Of a stretch of DNA of 64,000 nucleotides, positions 48,757-58,155 are shown in pieces. The first letter of the stretch is position 1. Each line of letters begins with the position of its first letter. The translations under genes and the position numbers were made by a program. The notes under the pieces were generated by a model, which searched no databases, had not been told where the DNA came from, and saw only the letters and a program-made list of their open reading frames with translations. The stretch covers positions 3,296,001 through 3,360,000 of the forward strand of contig OY762911.1 in the NCBI GenBank assembly GCA_963666565.1, in the 5' to 3' direction. The stretch comes from Thermoanaerobaculia bacterium. GTDB lineage: Bacteria; Acidobacteriota; Thermoanaerobaculia; Multivoradales; Multivoraceae.

Positions 48757-50000
48757 GCGGCGACCCCGAGGCGGGGGCCAGGCGAAACGCCGGCGGCGCG
48801 GGGGCCAGGCCAGACGCCGGCGGCCCGGCGACCGGGCGCGGCGACGCACGCTCGCCACACCGCTGCATCGCCCTCTCCGGCGGCGTCGGCGGCGCCAAGC
48901 TGGCCCTCGGCCTCTCGCGCGTCCTGCCGGCCGAGTCGCTGACCGTCGTCTGCAACACCGCCGACGACTTCGATCACCTCGGGCTCCGCATCTGTCCCGA
49001 TCTCGACACGGTGATGTACACGCTCGCCGGGATCTCGAACCGCGTCACGGGCTGGGGCCAGGCGCACGAGACGTGGTCGTTCCTGGAGGCGCTCGCCCAC
49101 CTCGGCGGCGAGACCTGGTTCCGCCTCGGCGACCGCGATCTCGCGACCCACGTGGAGCGGACCCGCAGGCTCCGCGCCGGCGAGGCCCTGACCGAGGTGA
49201 CGGCGGCCCTCTGCGGCGCGCTCGGCATCGCCGCCCGAGTACTGCCGATGAGCGACGATCCGGTGCGCACCGTGGTGCTGGCGGAGGCCGGCGAACTCAG
49301 CTTCCAGCACTACTTCGTGCGCGACCGCTGCGAACCGGCCGTCGCCGGGTTCCGCTTCGAGGGGATCGACGACGCGCGGCCGGCGCCGGACTTCCTGGCG
49401 TCCCTGGACGACGACGCGACGGCGGGCATCGTGATCTGTCCCTCGAACCCCTTCGTCAGCGTCGATCCGGTGCTGGCGCTCGAGGGCGTCGAGGCCGCTC
49501 TGCGCGGCGCCGCGGCGCCCGTCGTGGCGGTGTCGCCGATCGTCGGCGGCGCGGCGATCAAGGGACCGGCGGCCAAGATGATGGCCGAACTGGGGATGCC
49601 GGTGACCGCCGCCGGAGTCGCCCGTCACTACCGGGAACGCGACCTCCTCGACGGCTTCGTGATCGACGAGGCCGACGCCGCCGAGACGGCCGCGATCGAG
49701 GATCACGGGCTGCCCACGCTGGTCACCGGCACGGTGATGCAGACCCTCGCCGACCGCGAACGCCTGGCCCGGGACACGCTCGACTTCGCGCTCGGACTCG
49801 ACCCGCGCCGGCAAGCCGCGCAATCCGGAGGAGACGAAGGCAAGCCAGACGCCGGCGACGACATTCAACGGCGCCTGCGGCGAGAGCAGGTCGGAAGACC
49901 CGCGCACCCGGCGCCACGAACCGGCGGGCGCCAGGCGTCCGAGTCGGATGCCGGGCAGAAGGCCGGCGGGACCGGCGACCGGTCCGAACGCGAAGCATGA
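48753..50000 (+). CDS. cofD: 2-phospho-L-lactate/PEP transferase CofD (FbiA)
   Basis: LSGGVGGAK, NTADD, CPDLDT, WFRLGDRD, PSNPFVS and KGPAAKMM. Confidence 0.93.
   Translation: MSGDPEAGARRNAGGAGARPDAGGPATGRGDARSPHRCIALSGGVGGAKLALGLSRVLPAESLTVVCNTADDFDHLGLRICPDLDTVMYTLAGISNRVTGWGQAHETWSFLEALAHLGGETWFRLGDRDLATHVERTRRLRAGEALTEVTAALCGALGIAARVLPMSDDPVRTVVLAEAGELSFQHYFVRDRCEPAVAGFRFEGIDDARPAPDFLASLDDDATAGIVICPSNPFVSVDPVLALEGVEAALRGAAAPVVAVSPIVGGAAIKGPAAKMMAELGMPVTAAGVARHYRERDLLDGFVIDEADAAETAAIEDHGLPTLVTGTVMQTLADRERLARDTLDFALGLDPRRQAAQSGGDEGKPDAGDDIQRRLRREQVGRPAHPAPRTGGRQASESDAGQKAGGTGDRSEREA
48771..48824 (+). repeat. 27-bp tandem duplication in cofD 5' extension
   Basis: GCGGGGGCCAGGCGAAACGCCGGCGGC followed by GCGGGGGCCAGGCCAGACGCCGGCGGC (25/27 identical). 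Confidence 0.8.
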
Positions 50001-50698
50001 ATGCCGGCGGCCTCTGGGCGGTCCTGCCGGTCAAGGCCTGGTCCGAGGCCAAGCGGAGGCTGTCGCCGGTCCTGAGCGCCGGGGAACGAGAAGGGCTGGC
50101 CCGCGCGATGCTCGACGACCTGCTCGACGCCGTCGCGGCGGCGCCCAGCGTCGCGGGCGCGCTGGCCGTGACCGCGGACGGCGCCGCGGCGAGCTACCTG
50201 GAAAAGGCCGGCTGCGAGGTCCTGGCCGAACCCAGGCGCGGCCTGAACCGGGCGCTCGGCACGGCCGCCGAGGAGCTCGCTCGGCGCGGCGCGGCGACGA
50301 TGCTGGTGCTGCCGATCGACCTGCCCCTGGTCACGCCGGACGACCTGGAGGAACTCTGCGCCCGCCATCTCGACGACCTGGGCGGCGGAGGCAGCGGTCG
50401 GCAGCGGCCGGCGGCGGTCACCGTGGCGCCCGACCGCTTCCGCTCGGGGACCAACGCGCTCGTCTGTTCGCCGCCGGGCTGCATCCCCTTCCGCTTCGGC
50501 GACGGCAGCTTCCATGCCCATCTGCGGGAAGCGGAGCGGGCGGGCGCCGTCCGCTCCAGCCTCTCCCTGGCGAACCTCGGCCTCGACGTGGACCACCCGG
50601 ACGACCTGGCCGAACTGCTCCGGCTCGACCGTTCCGGGCGGACCGGGCGCCTGCTCCGCGGACTCGGCGTGGCGGAACGGCTCCGGAACCGGGACTGA
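49997..50698 (+). CDS. cofC: guanylyltransferase CofC (FbiD)
   Basis: VLPVK...AKRRL, GLN, DLP, GTNAL and DVDHPDDL. Confidence 0.92.
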   Translation: MNAGGLWAVLPVKAWSEAKRRLSPVLSAGEREGLARAMLDDLLDAVAAAPSVAGALAVTADGAAASYLEKAGCEVLAEPRRGLNRALGTAAEELARRGAATMLVLPIDLPLVTPDDLEELCARHLDDLGGGGSGRQRPAAVTVAPDRFRSGTNALVCSPPGCIPFRFGDGSFHAHLREAERAGAVRSSLSLANLGLDVDHPDDLAELLRLDRSGRTGRLLRGLGVAERLRNRD

Positions 50699-50748
50699 TA
50701 CCGTTCGCTATCCGTTGCGGGCCGGCTCTCTCCCCCGCCGCCGTCGCC

Positions 50749-53349
50749 ATGTCCCCTCCGCTCAGCACGTTCCTCGAACGCCGCCCGACTCCCGACGAGG
50801 CGCGCGCGCTCGCCGCCGTCGGGGCAGGCGCCGGTCTCGACGAGCTGATCGAGGCCGCCGGAGAGCTGCGGGATCGCGGCCACGGCGATCTCGTCTCCTA
50901 CTCGCGCAAGGTCTTCCTGCCGCTCACGCACCTCTGCCGGGACATCTGCCACTACTGCGTCTTCGCCCGGCCGCCCAGGAAGGGCGAGGCGGCCTACATG
51001 CCGCTCGACGCCGTGCTGAGCCAGGCCCGCCTCGCCGCCCAGGCCGGCTGCAAGGAAGCCCTGTTCACGCTCGGAGACAAGCCGGAACTCCGCTACAAGG
51101 CCGCCCGCGAGGGCCTCGCCGAGCTAGGCCACGACACGACGCTCTCCTACCTGCGCGAGGCGGCGGAACGGGTGCTGACCGAGACCGGCCTCCTGCCCCA
51201 CCTGAATCCGGGCCTGATGACGGCCGCGGACATCGAGCGCCTGCGCCCCGTTTCGCCGTCCATGGGGATCATGCTGGAGAGCGTCTCGATGCGGCTGCAC
51301 GAGAAGGGCCAGGCGCACTACGGCTGCCCGGACAAGGTGCCGTCGCGCCGGCTGGAGACGCTCCGGCTCGCCGGCGAGGCAAGAGTGCCCTTCACCTCCG
51401 GCATCCTGATCGGCATCGGCGAGACGCGCGAGGAGCGGATCGACGCCCTGCTCGCGCTCCGGGACCTGCACGACGAGTACGGCCACATCCAGGAGGTCAT
51501 CGTCCAGAACTTCCGGGCCAAGCCGGAGACCCGGATGGCGAGCGCGCCCGAACCCACGCTCGAGGACCTGCTCTGGACGATCGCCGCGGCGCGCCTCGTA
51601 CTCGGCCCGGAGATGCACATCCAGGCCCCGCCGAACCTGAGTCCGGGCGTTCTGACGCAGCTCGTGGCGGCCGGCATCGACGACTGGGGCGGCGTTTCTC
51701 CGGTGACTCCCGACTTCGTCAATCCGGAGGCGCCTTGGCCGCACCTGGAGCGCCTGGCCGAGGAGACGGCCGCCGCCGGCAAGACCCTGGTCGAGCGACT
51801 GACCGTGTACCCCGAGTGGGCGCTCGACGGCGAGCGCTGGCTCGACGACGGCCGCGGCCAGAGCCGCGAGATCCGCCGGATGGGCGGCGTACGCGCGGCG
51901 GTTCTGCAGCGAATCGACGCCACCGGCCTGCCGCGCACGGACGACTGGTCGCCGGGCGAGCAGACGCCGCCGCCTCGAGAGATGCTGGACGCGGTCACAG
52001 CGTCCCCCGCCCGCGCCAACGGGTCGGGGCCGCCAACCTCCGGTTCGCCAGGCGCCGGCGGCAACGGCGCCGGTCGCACGGCGGCCCTGGCCAAGCCTCC
52101 GGTCGGCGGCGCCGGCGCGGCCGCTTCGCCGACCGTACGCTCGATTCTCGACCGGGCCCGCACCGGCGACGACCTGGCCGAAGACGAGATCGCCGCCCTG
52201 TTCCGGGCCCGCGGCGCCGACTTCACCGCCGTCTGTTCCGCCGCCGACGCGATCCGGCGCGAAGTGAACGGCGACACGGTGACCTACGTCGTCAACCGGA
52301 ACATCAACTACACGAACGTCTGCTACTTCAAGTGCCAGTTCTGCGCCTTCTCCAAGGGCAAGCTGAGCGAGAACCTGCGCGGCAAGCCCTACGACCTGGA
52401 GCTCGACGAGGTCATGCGCCGCACCGCCGAGGCCTGGCAGCGCGGCGCGACGGAAGTCTGCATGCAGGGCGGCATCCACCCGGACTACACCGGCGAGACG
52501 TACCTGGGCATCTGCCGCGCGGTAAAGGAGGCCGTGCCCGAGATCCACGTTCACGCCTTCTCGCCGCTCGAGGTCTGGCAGGGCGCAGCGACCCTCGACA
52601 TGCCGCTCCGCGACTACCTGCTGCACCTCCGCGAAGCCGGCCTCGGCACCCTGCCGGGAACGGCCGCCGAGATTCTCGACGACGAGATCCGGGCGATCAT
52701 CTGCCCCGACAAGCTGAACACGGACCAGTGGCTCGAGGTCATGGAGACCGCCCACGGCGTCGGCTACCGGACCACGGCGACGATCATGTACGGCCACGTC
52801 GAGGGCCCGCGGAATTGGGCCCGCCACCTGCTCCGCCTGCGGGCCTTGCAGAAGCGCACCGGCGGCTTCACCGAGTTCGTGCCGCTGCCCTTCGTCCACA
52901 TGGAGGCGCCGCTCTACCTCAAGGGCCGCGCCCGCAAGGGGCCGACCTTCCGCGAGGCCGTGCTCATGCACGCGGTCGCCCGGCTGGCGCTCCACCCGTG
53001 GTTCGAGAACGTGCAGGCGTCCTGGGTCAAGATGGGGCCGGAAGGCGTCGCGGCCTGTTTCCGGGCCGGCGTCAACGACCTCGGCGGCACGCTGATGAAC
53101 GAGAGCATTACCCGGGCCGCCGGCGCCGCCCACGGCCAGGAGTTGCCGCCGTCCGAGATGGAGCAGCTCATCCGCGACGCCGGCCGCGTCCCGCAGCAGC
53201 GGACCACCGCCTACGGCACGCCGCCGCCCGAACGCGTCGAGACCTCCTTCCAGGCCGCGGAACTCGCCGCTGTGCTGAACAACCCGGCGCACCGCTACGA
53301 GCGCGATGGGCCGCTGCGCCTCGTCCGCCCGGGCCTGGACGGCTCGTAG
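50749..53349 (+). CDS. fbiC: FO synthase, fused CofG-CofH (two radical SAM domains)
   Basis: CRDICHYC and CYFKCQFC clusters, DDWGGVSP and NDLGGTLMNESI. Confidence 0.95.
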   Translation: MSPPLSTFLERRPTPDEARALAAVGAGAGLDELIEAAGELRDRGHGDLVSYSRKVFLPLTHLCRDICHYCVFARPPRKGEAAYMPLDAVLSQARLAAQAGCKEALFTLGDKPELRYKAAREGLAELGHDTTLSYLREAAERVLTETGLLPHLNPGLMTAADIERLRPVSPSMGIMLESVSMRLHEKGQAHYGCPDKVPSRRLETLRLAGEARVPFTSGILIGIGETREERIDALLALRDLHDEYGHIQEVIVQNFRAKPETRMASAPEPTLEDLLWTIAAARLVLGPEMHIQAPPNLSPGVLTQLVAAGIDDWGGVSPVTPDFVNPEAPWPHLERLAEETAAAGKTLVERLTVYPEWALDGERWLDDGRGQSREIRRMGGVRAAVLQRIDATGLPRTDDWSPGEQTPPPREMLDAVTASPARANGSGPPTSGSPGAGGNGAGRTAALAKPPVGGAGAAASPTVRSILDRARTGDDLAEDEIAALFRARGADFTAVCSAADAIRREVNGDTVTYVVNRNINYTNVCYFKCQFCAFSKGKLSENLRGKPYDLELDEVMRRTAEAWQRGATEVCMQGGIHPDYTGETYLGICRAVKEAVPEIHVHAFSPLEVWQGAATLDMPLRDYLLHLREAGLGTLPGTAAEILDDEIRAIICPDKLNTDQWLEVMETAHGVGYRTTATIMYGHVEGPRNWARHLLRLRALQKRTGGFTEFVPLPFVHMEAPLYLKGRARKGPTFREAVLMHAVARLALHPWFENVQASWVKMGPEGVAACFRAGVNDLGGTLMNESITRAAGAAHGQELPPSEMEQLIRDAGRVPQQRTTAYGTPPPERVETSFQAAELAAVLNNPAHRYERDGPLRLVRPGLDGS

Positions 53350-53383
53350 CAGTCGACGCCGCGTCCGCGCCGCGCCGACTCGC

Positions 53384-54073
53384 ATGAGCGACGACTCCTC
53401 CCACTCCGTCCGGCGCCACCTGCGGATCGCCGTCGATTCCTACGACGCGGCGATCCGCCGCTTCATCCCCGGCTACGAGGAAATGCTCGCCGTCGCCGCC
53501 CGGCAGTTTGCGCCCGTCGATCCGGGCCTCGTGATCGACCTCGGCGCCGGCACCGGCGCGCTCGCCGAGGCGATTCTCGATTCCACGAACGAGACGGCCG
53601 TCGAACTGATCGACGTCGACCCGGAGATGCTCGACCAGGCCCGCACGCGGCTCGTCCGGTTCGGCGAGCGCGCCCGCTTCACGGAAGCCTCCTTCCTCGA
53701 ACCGTTGCCGCCCTGCAACGGCGCCGCCGCGTCCCTCGCGCTGCACCACATCCCGACGATGGACGCGAAACGGGCCCTCTACCGGCGCGTGTTCGAGGCC
53801 CTCGAACCCGGCGGCATCTTCGTCAACGCCGACGCCACGATGCCCGCCGAGCCCGCCGCCCGGAAAGCCACCTGGCGCGGCTGGGCCGACCACATGGTCT
53901 CGCACGGTATCGAAGCACGGCGCGCCTTCGAGCACTTCGAGGAGTGGTCGAAAGAGGACACCTACTTCCCGCTCGAAGAAGAACTGGCCGCCGTCCGGGA
54001 CGCCGGCCTCGCCACCGAGTGCGTCTGGCGCGAGGTCGGGATCACGGTCGTCGTCGGCCGCAAGCGCGGCTGA
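53384..54073 (+). CDS. class I SAM-dependent methyltransferase
   Basis: IDLGAGTG, ASLALHH and LEPGGIFVNAD. Confidence 0.9.
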   Translation: MSDDSSHSVRRHLRIAVDSYDAAIRRFIPGYEEMLAVAARQFAPVDPGLVIDLGAGTGALAEAILDSTNETAVELIDVDPEMLDQARTRLVRFGERARFTEASFLEPLPPCNGAAASLALHHIPTMDAKRALYRRVFEALEPGGIFVNADATMPAEPAARKATWRGWADHMVSHGIEARRAFEHFEEWSKEDTYFPLEEELAAVRDAGLATECVWREVGITVVVGRKRG

Positions 54074-54208
54074 GGCCGGCGAAGACGGGTACCCCATTCT
54101 TGGAGGGCTACCACGCGCCGCTTGCATCGTGTAGTGTTCGGTGGTCTCTCGGATCGAAGTCCCCGATTCGAGCCCAACAGTGCGGCCAAGCCGCGAAGGA
54201 AGACAGCC

Positions 54209-55126
54209 ATGAAGTCGATTCCCTCGCCTGTAGCTGGCGCGACGCTACTCGTGACATTCCTCCTCGGTGCCGCACCGGCGGCCTACGCCAGAGCGCCAAT
54301 CGTCAACATCGAGAACGCGCCTATCCCCGCCGGCCTTACCATGGAGGAGATCGAGCAGACGCTGGTCGCAGGGACGTTCAGCCGACAAGGCTGGACTGCG
54401 CAAATTGTCGCGCCCGGACACATCGAGGCGCGGGTCAACGTGCGGTCGCACAGCGCCGTCGTCGACATCACATTCGACGAGCGGGCGTACTCGATCACTT
54501 ACAAGGACAGCCACAACCTGGACTACAAGAACGGCAAGATCCACGGCAACTACAACAAGTGGGTCGCCACCTTGAACGGTGTACTGCAGAGGGTTCTGGC
54601 CGAGCGGGCGGTTGCGGGAACCGGGCCATCGGCCGCTCCGGCCGCCCAGCGCGGGAGATCGCCTGCGCCCACTGAAGCCGCATCCACGGGCGTGTACAGC
54701 GGCGGCCCGGTGACGATTCCAGCCACGATAGGAGTGGCCTCATACGTGGGCGCACCGCTGGCGACCTCGGAGTGCCGAATAGGCACTCTGCTCGCGGAAC
54801 AACTGGCCAGCCGTTCGGCCGACATCCAGATCGGCGACATCGCCAACGCCAGCCACTACCTGGATCTGGAGATCACCGAGATCCACATGCCTGGCGGCGG
54901 GGCGTGGTCCGGCCCCAAGTGGATGGAGTTGACCGGCGCCCTGCGCGAAGGCGACGGCGACTTGGTGTCTTCCTTCAGGGCGAAGCGGTTCAGCACCGGC
55001 GGCGCCTTGGCGGTGGTCAAGGGCAGTTGCAAGATCCTGGGACGCACCGCCAAGGCCATCGCTCAGGATGTGTCCCGTTGGCTGCAGAGCCCTCTCGACG
55101 GCGCCCAACTCGGCGACGCCCGCTGA
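54209..55126 (+). CDS. secreted two-domain hypothetical protein
   Basis: Signal peptide ending in AYA; two globular regions separated by an Ala/Pro/Ser linker. Confidence 0.75.
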   Translation: MKSIPSPVAGATLLVTFLLGAAPAAYARAPIVNIENAPIPAGLTMEEIEQTLVAGTFSRQGWTAQIVAPGHIEARVNVRSHSAVVDITFDERAYSITYKDSHNLDYKNGKIHGNYNKWVATLNGVLQRVLAERAVAGTGPSAAPAAQRGRSPAPTEAASTGVYSGGPVTIPATIGVASYVGAPLATSECRIGTLLAEQLASRSADIQIGDIANASHYLDLEITEIHMPGGGAWSGPKWMELTGALREGDGDLVSSFRAKRFSTGGALAVVKGSCKILGRTAKAIAQDVSRWLQSPLDGAQLGDAR

Positions 55127-55160
55127 CCGCCACTCTCGGCATCTCGCTCCGTCAGGAAGG

Positions 55161-56132
55161 CTACGGATCGAGTCGGCTGACGCCCTCGATTTCCACCTCG
55201 AGTTCCGATCGGCAGATCTCGGCATGCAGATAGACCGCGTCGACCTCCGGAAGTCTGCTTGCGACGACTTCGCTCGCCAGTGGAACGTGCCCCCTGTTTC
55301 GCAGATAGACCCGGATCCGATCCAGGCCCTGGCTGCCACCGCCCGGTCCGAGAACAGTCTCAAGTAGGCGGTCGAGGTTCTCCAAGGTCACCGTCAACTG
55401 CCGAGCGAGACTCCCTGGATGGCGACTTCGGTGCCCTACGATGCTGGCGGTGCCCGCCACGAACACATGCTGCACGTCCCGATCCGCTACGCACGTCGCT
55501 CTGGCGAAGGAGGGCGCTCGCGGTCCGTAGAGCCGCGGATAGGAAGGCGCCCGGATCTGGCGAGGATTCTCGAAGTGGCGTCCCGGTTCGGCGCGCGCGA
55601 GCAGGTAGACGACCAGCGCGTCGCCGAAGTTCCCCACCGCCGTGGCGGCCGGATACCGATCGCTGGTGTAACCGTAACGCTCGAAGGCTTGGTGGCGGCC
55701 GAGGCAGAAGCGCTTGTACCGCTCCTGGTCGCCCGCGCCTGCGTTGATCCTCGGAACATGGTTCCAGCCGCGAACCAAGTGCGGATGACCCTTGACCGCG
55801 CATGTGTCGAGAAGCGCCGACCAAACGCTACAGGCGACCGTTGCGAGGTCCCGCTCGGGCGGAGCATCCGCGGTACAGGCCGCGAACAGTCCGAAGTCGC
55901 CGGCAGCCCACCCAACGGTACCCTCCCGACCCATGCGGACCGGCGAGGAACTCCGCCAGACTTCTCGCAGACCTTCGCGCGCAAGCGACGGCTGGCCGGT
56001 CGCCACGTACCGCGGGTCGTCGGAACTCGTATCGCGCTCCACCGGCGCCGCGAAGTCCAAAACCGCCAACACGCGCTCCGAGTCCAGCAACTCCCCAACC
56101 GGCCTCGACGTGAAGTTGCTCGACAGATCCAT
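55161..56132 (-). CDS. chorismatase, FkbO/Hyg5 family (XanB2-like)
   Basis: RGWNHVPRIN, ERYKRFC, PAATAVG, ENPRQ...YP..YGP..PSFARA, GTASIVG and ICRSELEVEIEG. Confidence 0.88.
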   Translation of the reverse strand: MDLSSNFTSRPVGELLDSERVLAVLDFAAPVERDTSSDDPRYVATGQPSLAREGLREVWRSSSPVRMGREGTVGWAAGDFGLFAACTADAPPERDLATVACSVWSALLDTCAVKGHPHLVRGWNHVPRINAGAGDQERYKRFCLGRHQAFERYGYTSDRYPAATAVGNFGDALVVYLLARAEPGRHFENPRQIRAPSYPRLYGPRAPSFARATCVADRDVQHVFVAGTASIVGHRSRHPGSLARQLTVTLENLDRLLETVLGPGGGSQGLDRIRVYLRNRGHVPLASEVVASRLPEVDAVYLHAEICRSELEVEIEGVSRLDP

Positions 56133-56164
56133 CGATTTCTCGGCGCCCGCCGCCACGCGACAGC

Positions 56165-57205
56165 TCAGAGCACCGCCTCCGCGATCGCCTCCAGCGCCTC
56201 CGGCTGCCGGCAGCCGAGCAGCAGCGACGCGACCTGACCCTTGCCCGCGGCCTCCTTCCAGGCTTCCAGCCGTTCGACGATTCGCTCCTTCGGCCCGACC
56301 AGAGCGACATCGTCCACGAGGGCGTCCGGCACGGCGCCGACGGCTTCGCTCTTCTTGCCGCCGAGGAAGTTGTCCTGGATCGTCTTCGCCTCGTCGGGAT
56401 AGCCGAGGCGCCTCGCGTAGGCGTTGTAGAAGTTCTTGTCGCGCGCGCCCATGCCGCCGATGTAGAGAGCCATGCTCTGCTTGACCGGGGTGCGGCACTG
56501 CTCCACGTCGTTCCCCATGACGACGGTGACGAAGGGCATGACCTTGAAGTCGTCCAGGCTCTTGCCGTTGCCGGCCCTGGCGAAACCGCGCTCGAGCGAG
56601 TCCTCCAGCAGGTCGTAGCGCTCGGGGTTCATCCAGATCGGGAACACGCCGTCCGCGACCTCGGCGCTGCACTCCAGCCCGTTCGGGCTGATGGAGGCCG
56701 TGTAGATTGGAATCGACGTGTCCGCCGCCAGGATGCTCCGAAGCGGCTTGCCGAGGCCCGAAGCGCCCTCGCCGCGGTAGGGCAACTGGTAGTGGTAGCC
56801 CTCGTGGGTGACCGGCTCTTCGCGGGCGAAGACCTTCCGCATGATCTGGATGTACTCCTTCGTGCGCGTCAGCGGCCGGCCGTAGGCGACGCCGTGCCAG
56901 CCTTCGATGACCTGCGGACCGGACGGGCCGAGGCCGACCAGGAAACGGCCGCCGGAGAGCTGGTTGAGCGTCATCGCCGTCATGGCGGTCATCGCCGGAC
57001 TGCGAGCCGGCATCTGCATGATCGCGGTACCGACCTTGATCTTCTCCGTCTGCGCCAGAATCCAGGACGCCGTCGTCACCGCGTCGGAGCCGTACGCCTC
57101 CGCGGTCCAGACGGACGTGAAGCCGGCGCTCTCGGCCTGGCGGATGCGGTCGATGTCGATGCTGATCTGGCTGCCGAAGGCGCCCGCGAGCAGTCCCAGT
57201 TCCAT
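56165..57205 (-). CDS. LLM-class F420-dependent oxidoreductase
   Basis: WTAEAYGSDA, GTAIMQ, GLGPSGPQVIEGWHG and YIGGMG...NFYN. Confidence 0.9.
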   Translation of the reverse strand: MELGLLAGAFGSQISIDIDRIRQAESAGFTSVWTAEAYGSDAVTTASWILAQTEKIKVGTAIMQMPARSPAMTAMTAMTLNQLSGGRFLVGLGPSGPQVIEGWHGVAYGRPLTRTKEYIQIMRKVFAREEPVTHEGYHYQLPYRGEGASGLGKPLRSILAADTSIPIYTASISPNGLECSAEVADGVFPIWMNPERYDLLEDSLERGFARAGNGKSLDDFKVMPFVTVVMGNDVEQCRTPVKQSMALYIGGMGARDKNFYNAYARRLGYPDEAKTIQDNFLGGKKSEAVGAVPDALVDDVALVGPKERIVERLEAWKEAAGKGQVASLLLGCRQPEALEAIAEAVL

Positions 57206-57318
57206 GGCGGCGTTCTCCTCGTCGTGTCGTTTGCCGATGCCTGCTGGCTTGAGGGAGGCGAGGCTAGCAGCGTGCGCCGTGGAACGCAGCGAAGCGGCGT
57301 CGGGCATAGACTGCGGCG

Positions 57319-58155
57319 GTGAGCGAGAGACCTGCCCAGTGGAGCCGGACAGGAGAATCGGGCCGCCGGCCGCGCAGTCAGACGATCTGGCCGCTCGCCT
57401 TCGTCACGCTGATGCTCGGACTGATTCTGGCAATCGTCGTCGGCTTCGTCATCATCCGGTTCACGATGATCCCGCGCGAGATCGCCTCGGGCGGCCGCGA
57501 ACTCGCACGGGACACGATCGAGGGCGTCGAGCGGATCGCCCGGGCCTTCCGCACCGGCACGGTCCAGACGTCGTTCCTGAGCTACGCCACGGAGATCTCC
57601 GGCAACGCCTTCCTCCAGTTCGCCACCCTCGACCAGACGGAGATCCTCGAGCGAACCGACTCCGCCAGCCTCCTCTGGGGACGCCTCCGGCTTCCCGACG
57701 TCATGGTCGAGGCGCGGGTGCCGGTGCGCTACACCTACTACCTCGACCTGGAGGACGAGTGGTCGCTGACACTCGAAGGAACGACCGTCCGCGTGCTCGC
57801 GCCCGGCGTCCGCGCGAACCGGCCGGCGGTCGACGCTTCGGCCATTGAGTACCGGGTCCATGAGGACTCCATCCTGCGCGACGAGGACGCGGTGCTGGAG
57901 CAGCTTCGGTCCCAGATCACGGACCGGTTGGCCGCGCGCGCGGGCGAGAACATCGCCCTGGTGCGGGACGTGGGCCGGCAGCGGACGGCGGAGTTCGTGA
58001 GCACGTTCCTCCTCTCGCAGTTCGGAGAGGACGCCGCCGGCTACGCGATCGAGGTCCGCTTCCGCGACGAGTTCGACGACTTCGACGAGGCCGGCGCACT
58101 GCCGCGACCGGTCCTCAAGCTCCCTCAGACGGGCGAGGGACCGGCGGTTGACTGA
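57319..58155 (+). CDS. membrane-anchored hypothetical protein (DUF4230-like)
   Basis: Single N-terminal TM helix; PVRYTYYLDL beta region then helices. Confidence 0.65.
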   Translation: MSERPAQWSRTGESGRRPRSQTIWPLAFVTLMLGLILAIVVGFVIIRFTMIPREIASGGRELARDTIEGVERIARAFRTGTVQTSFLSYATEISGNAFLQFATLDQTEILERTDSASLLWGRLRLPDVMVEARVPVRYTYYLDLEDEWSLTLEGTTVRVLAPGVRANRPAVDASAIEYRVHEDSILRDEDAVLEQLRSQITDRLAARAGENIALVRDVGRQRTAEFVSTFLLSQFGEDAAGYAIEVRFRDEFDDFDEAGALPRPVLKLPQTGEGPAVD

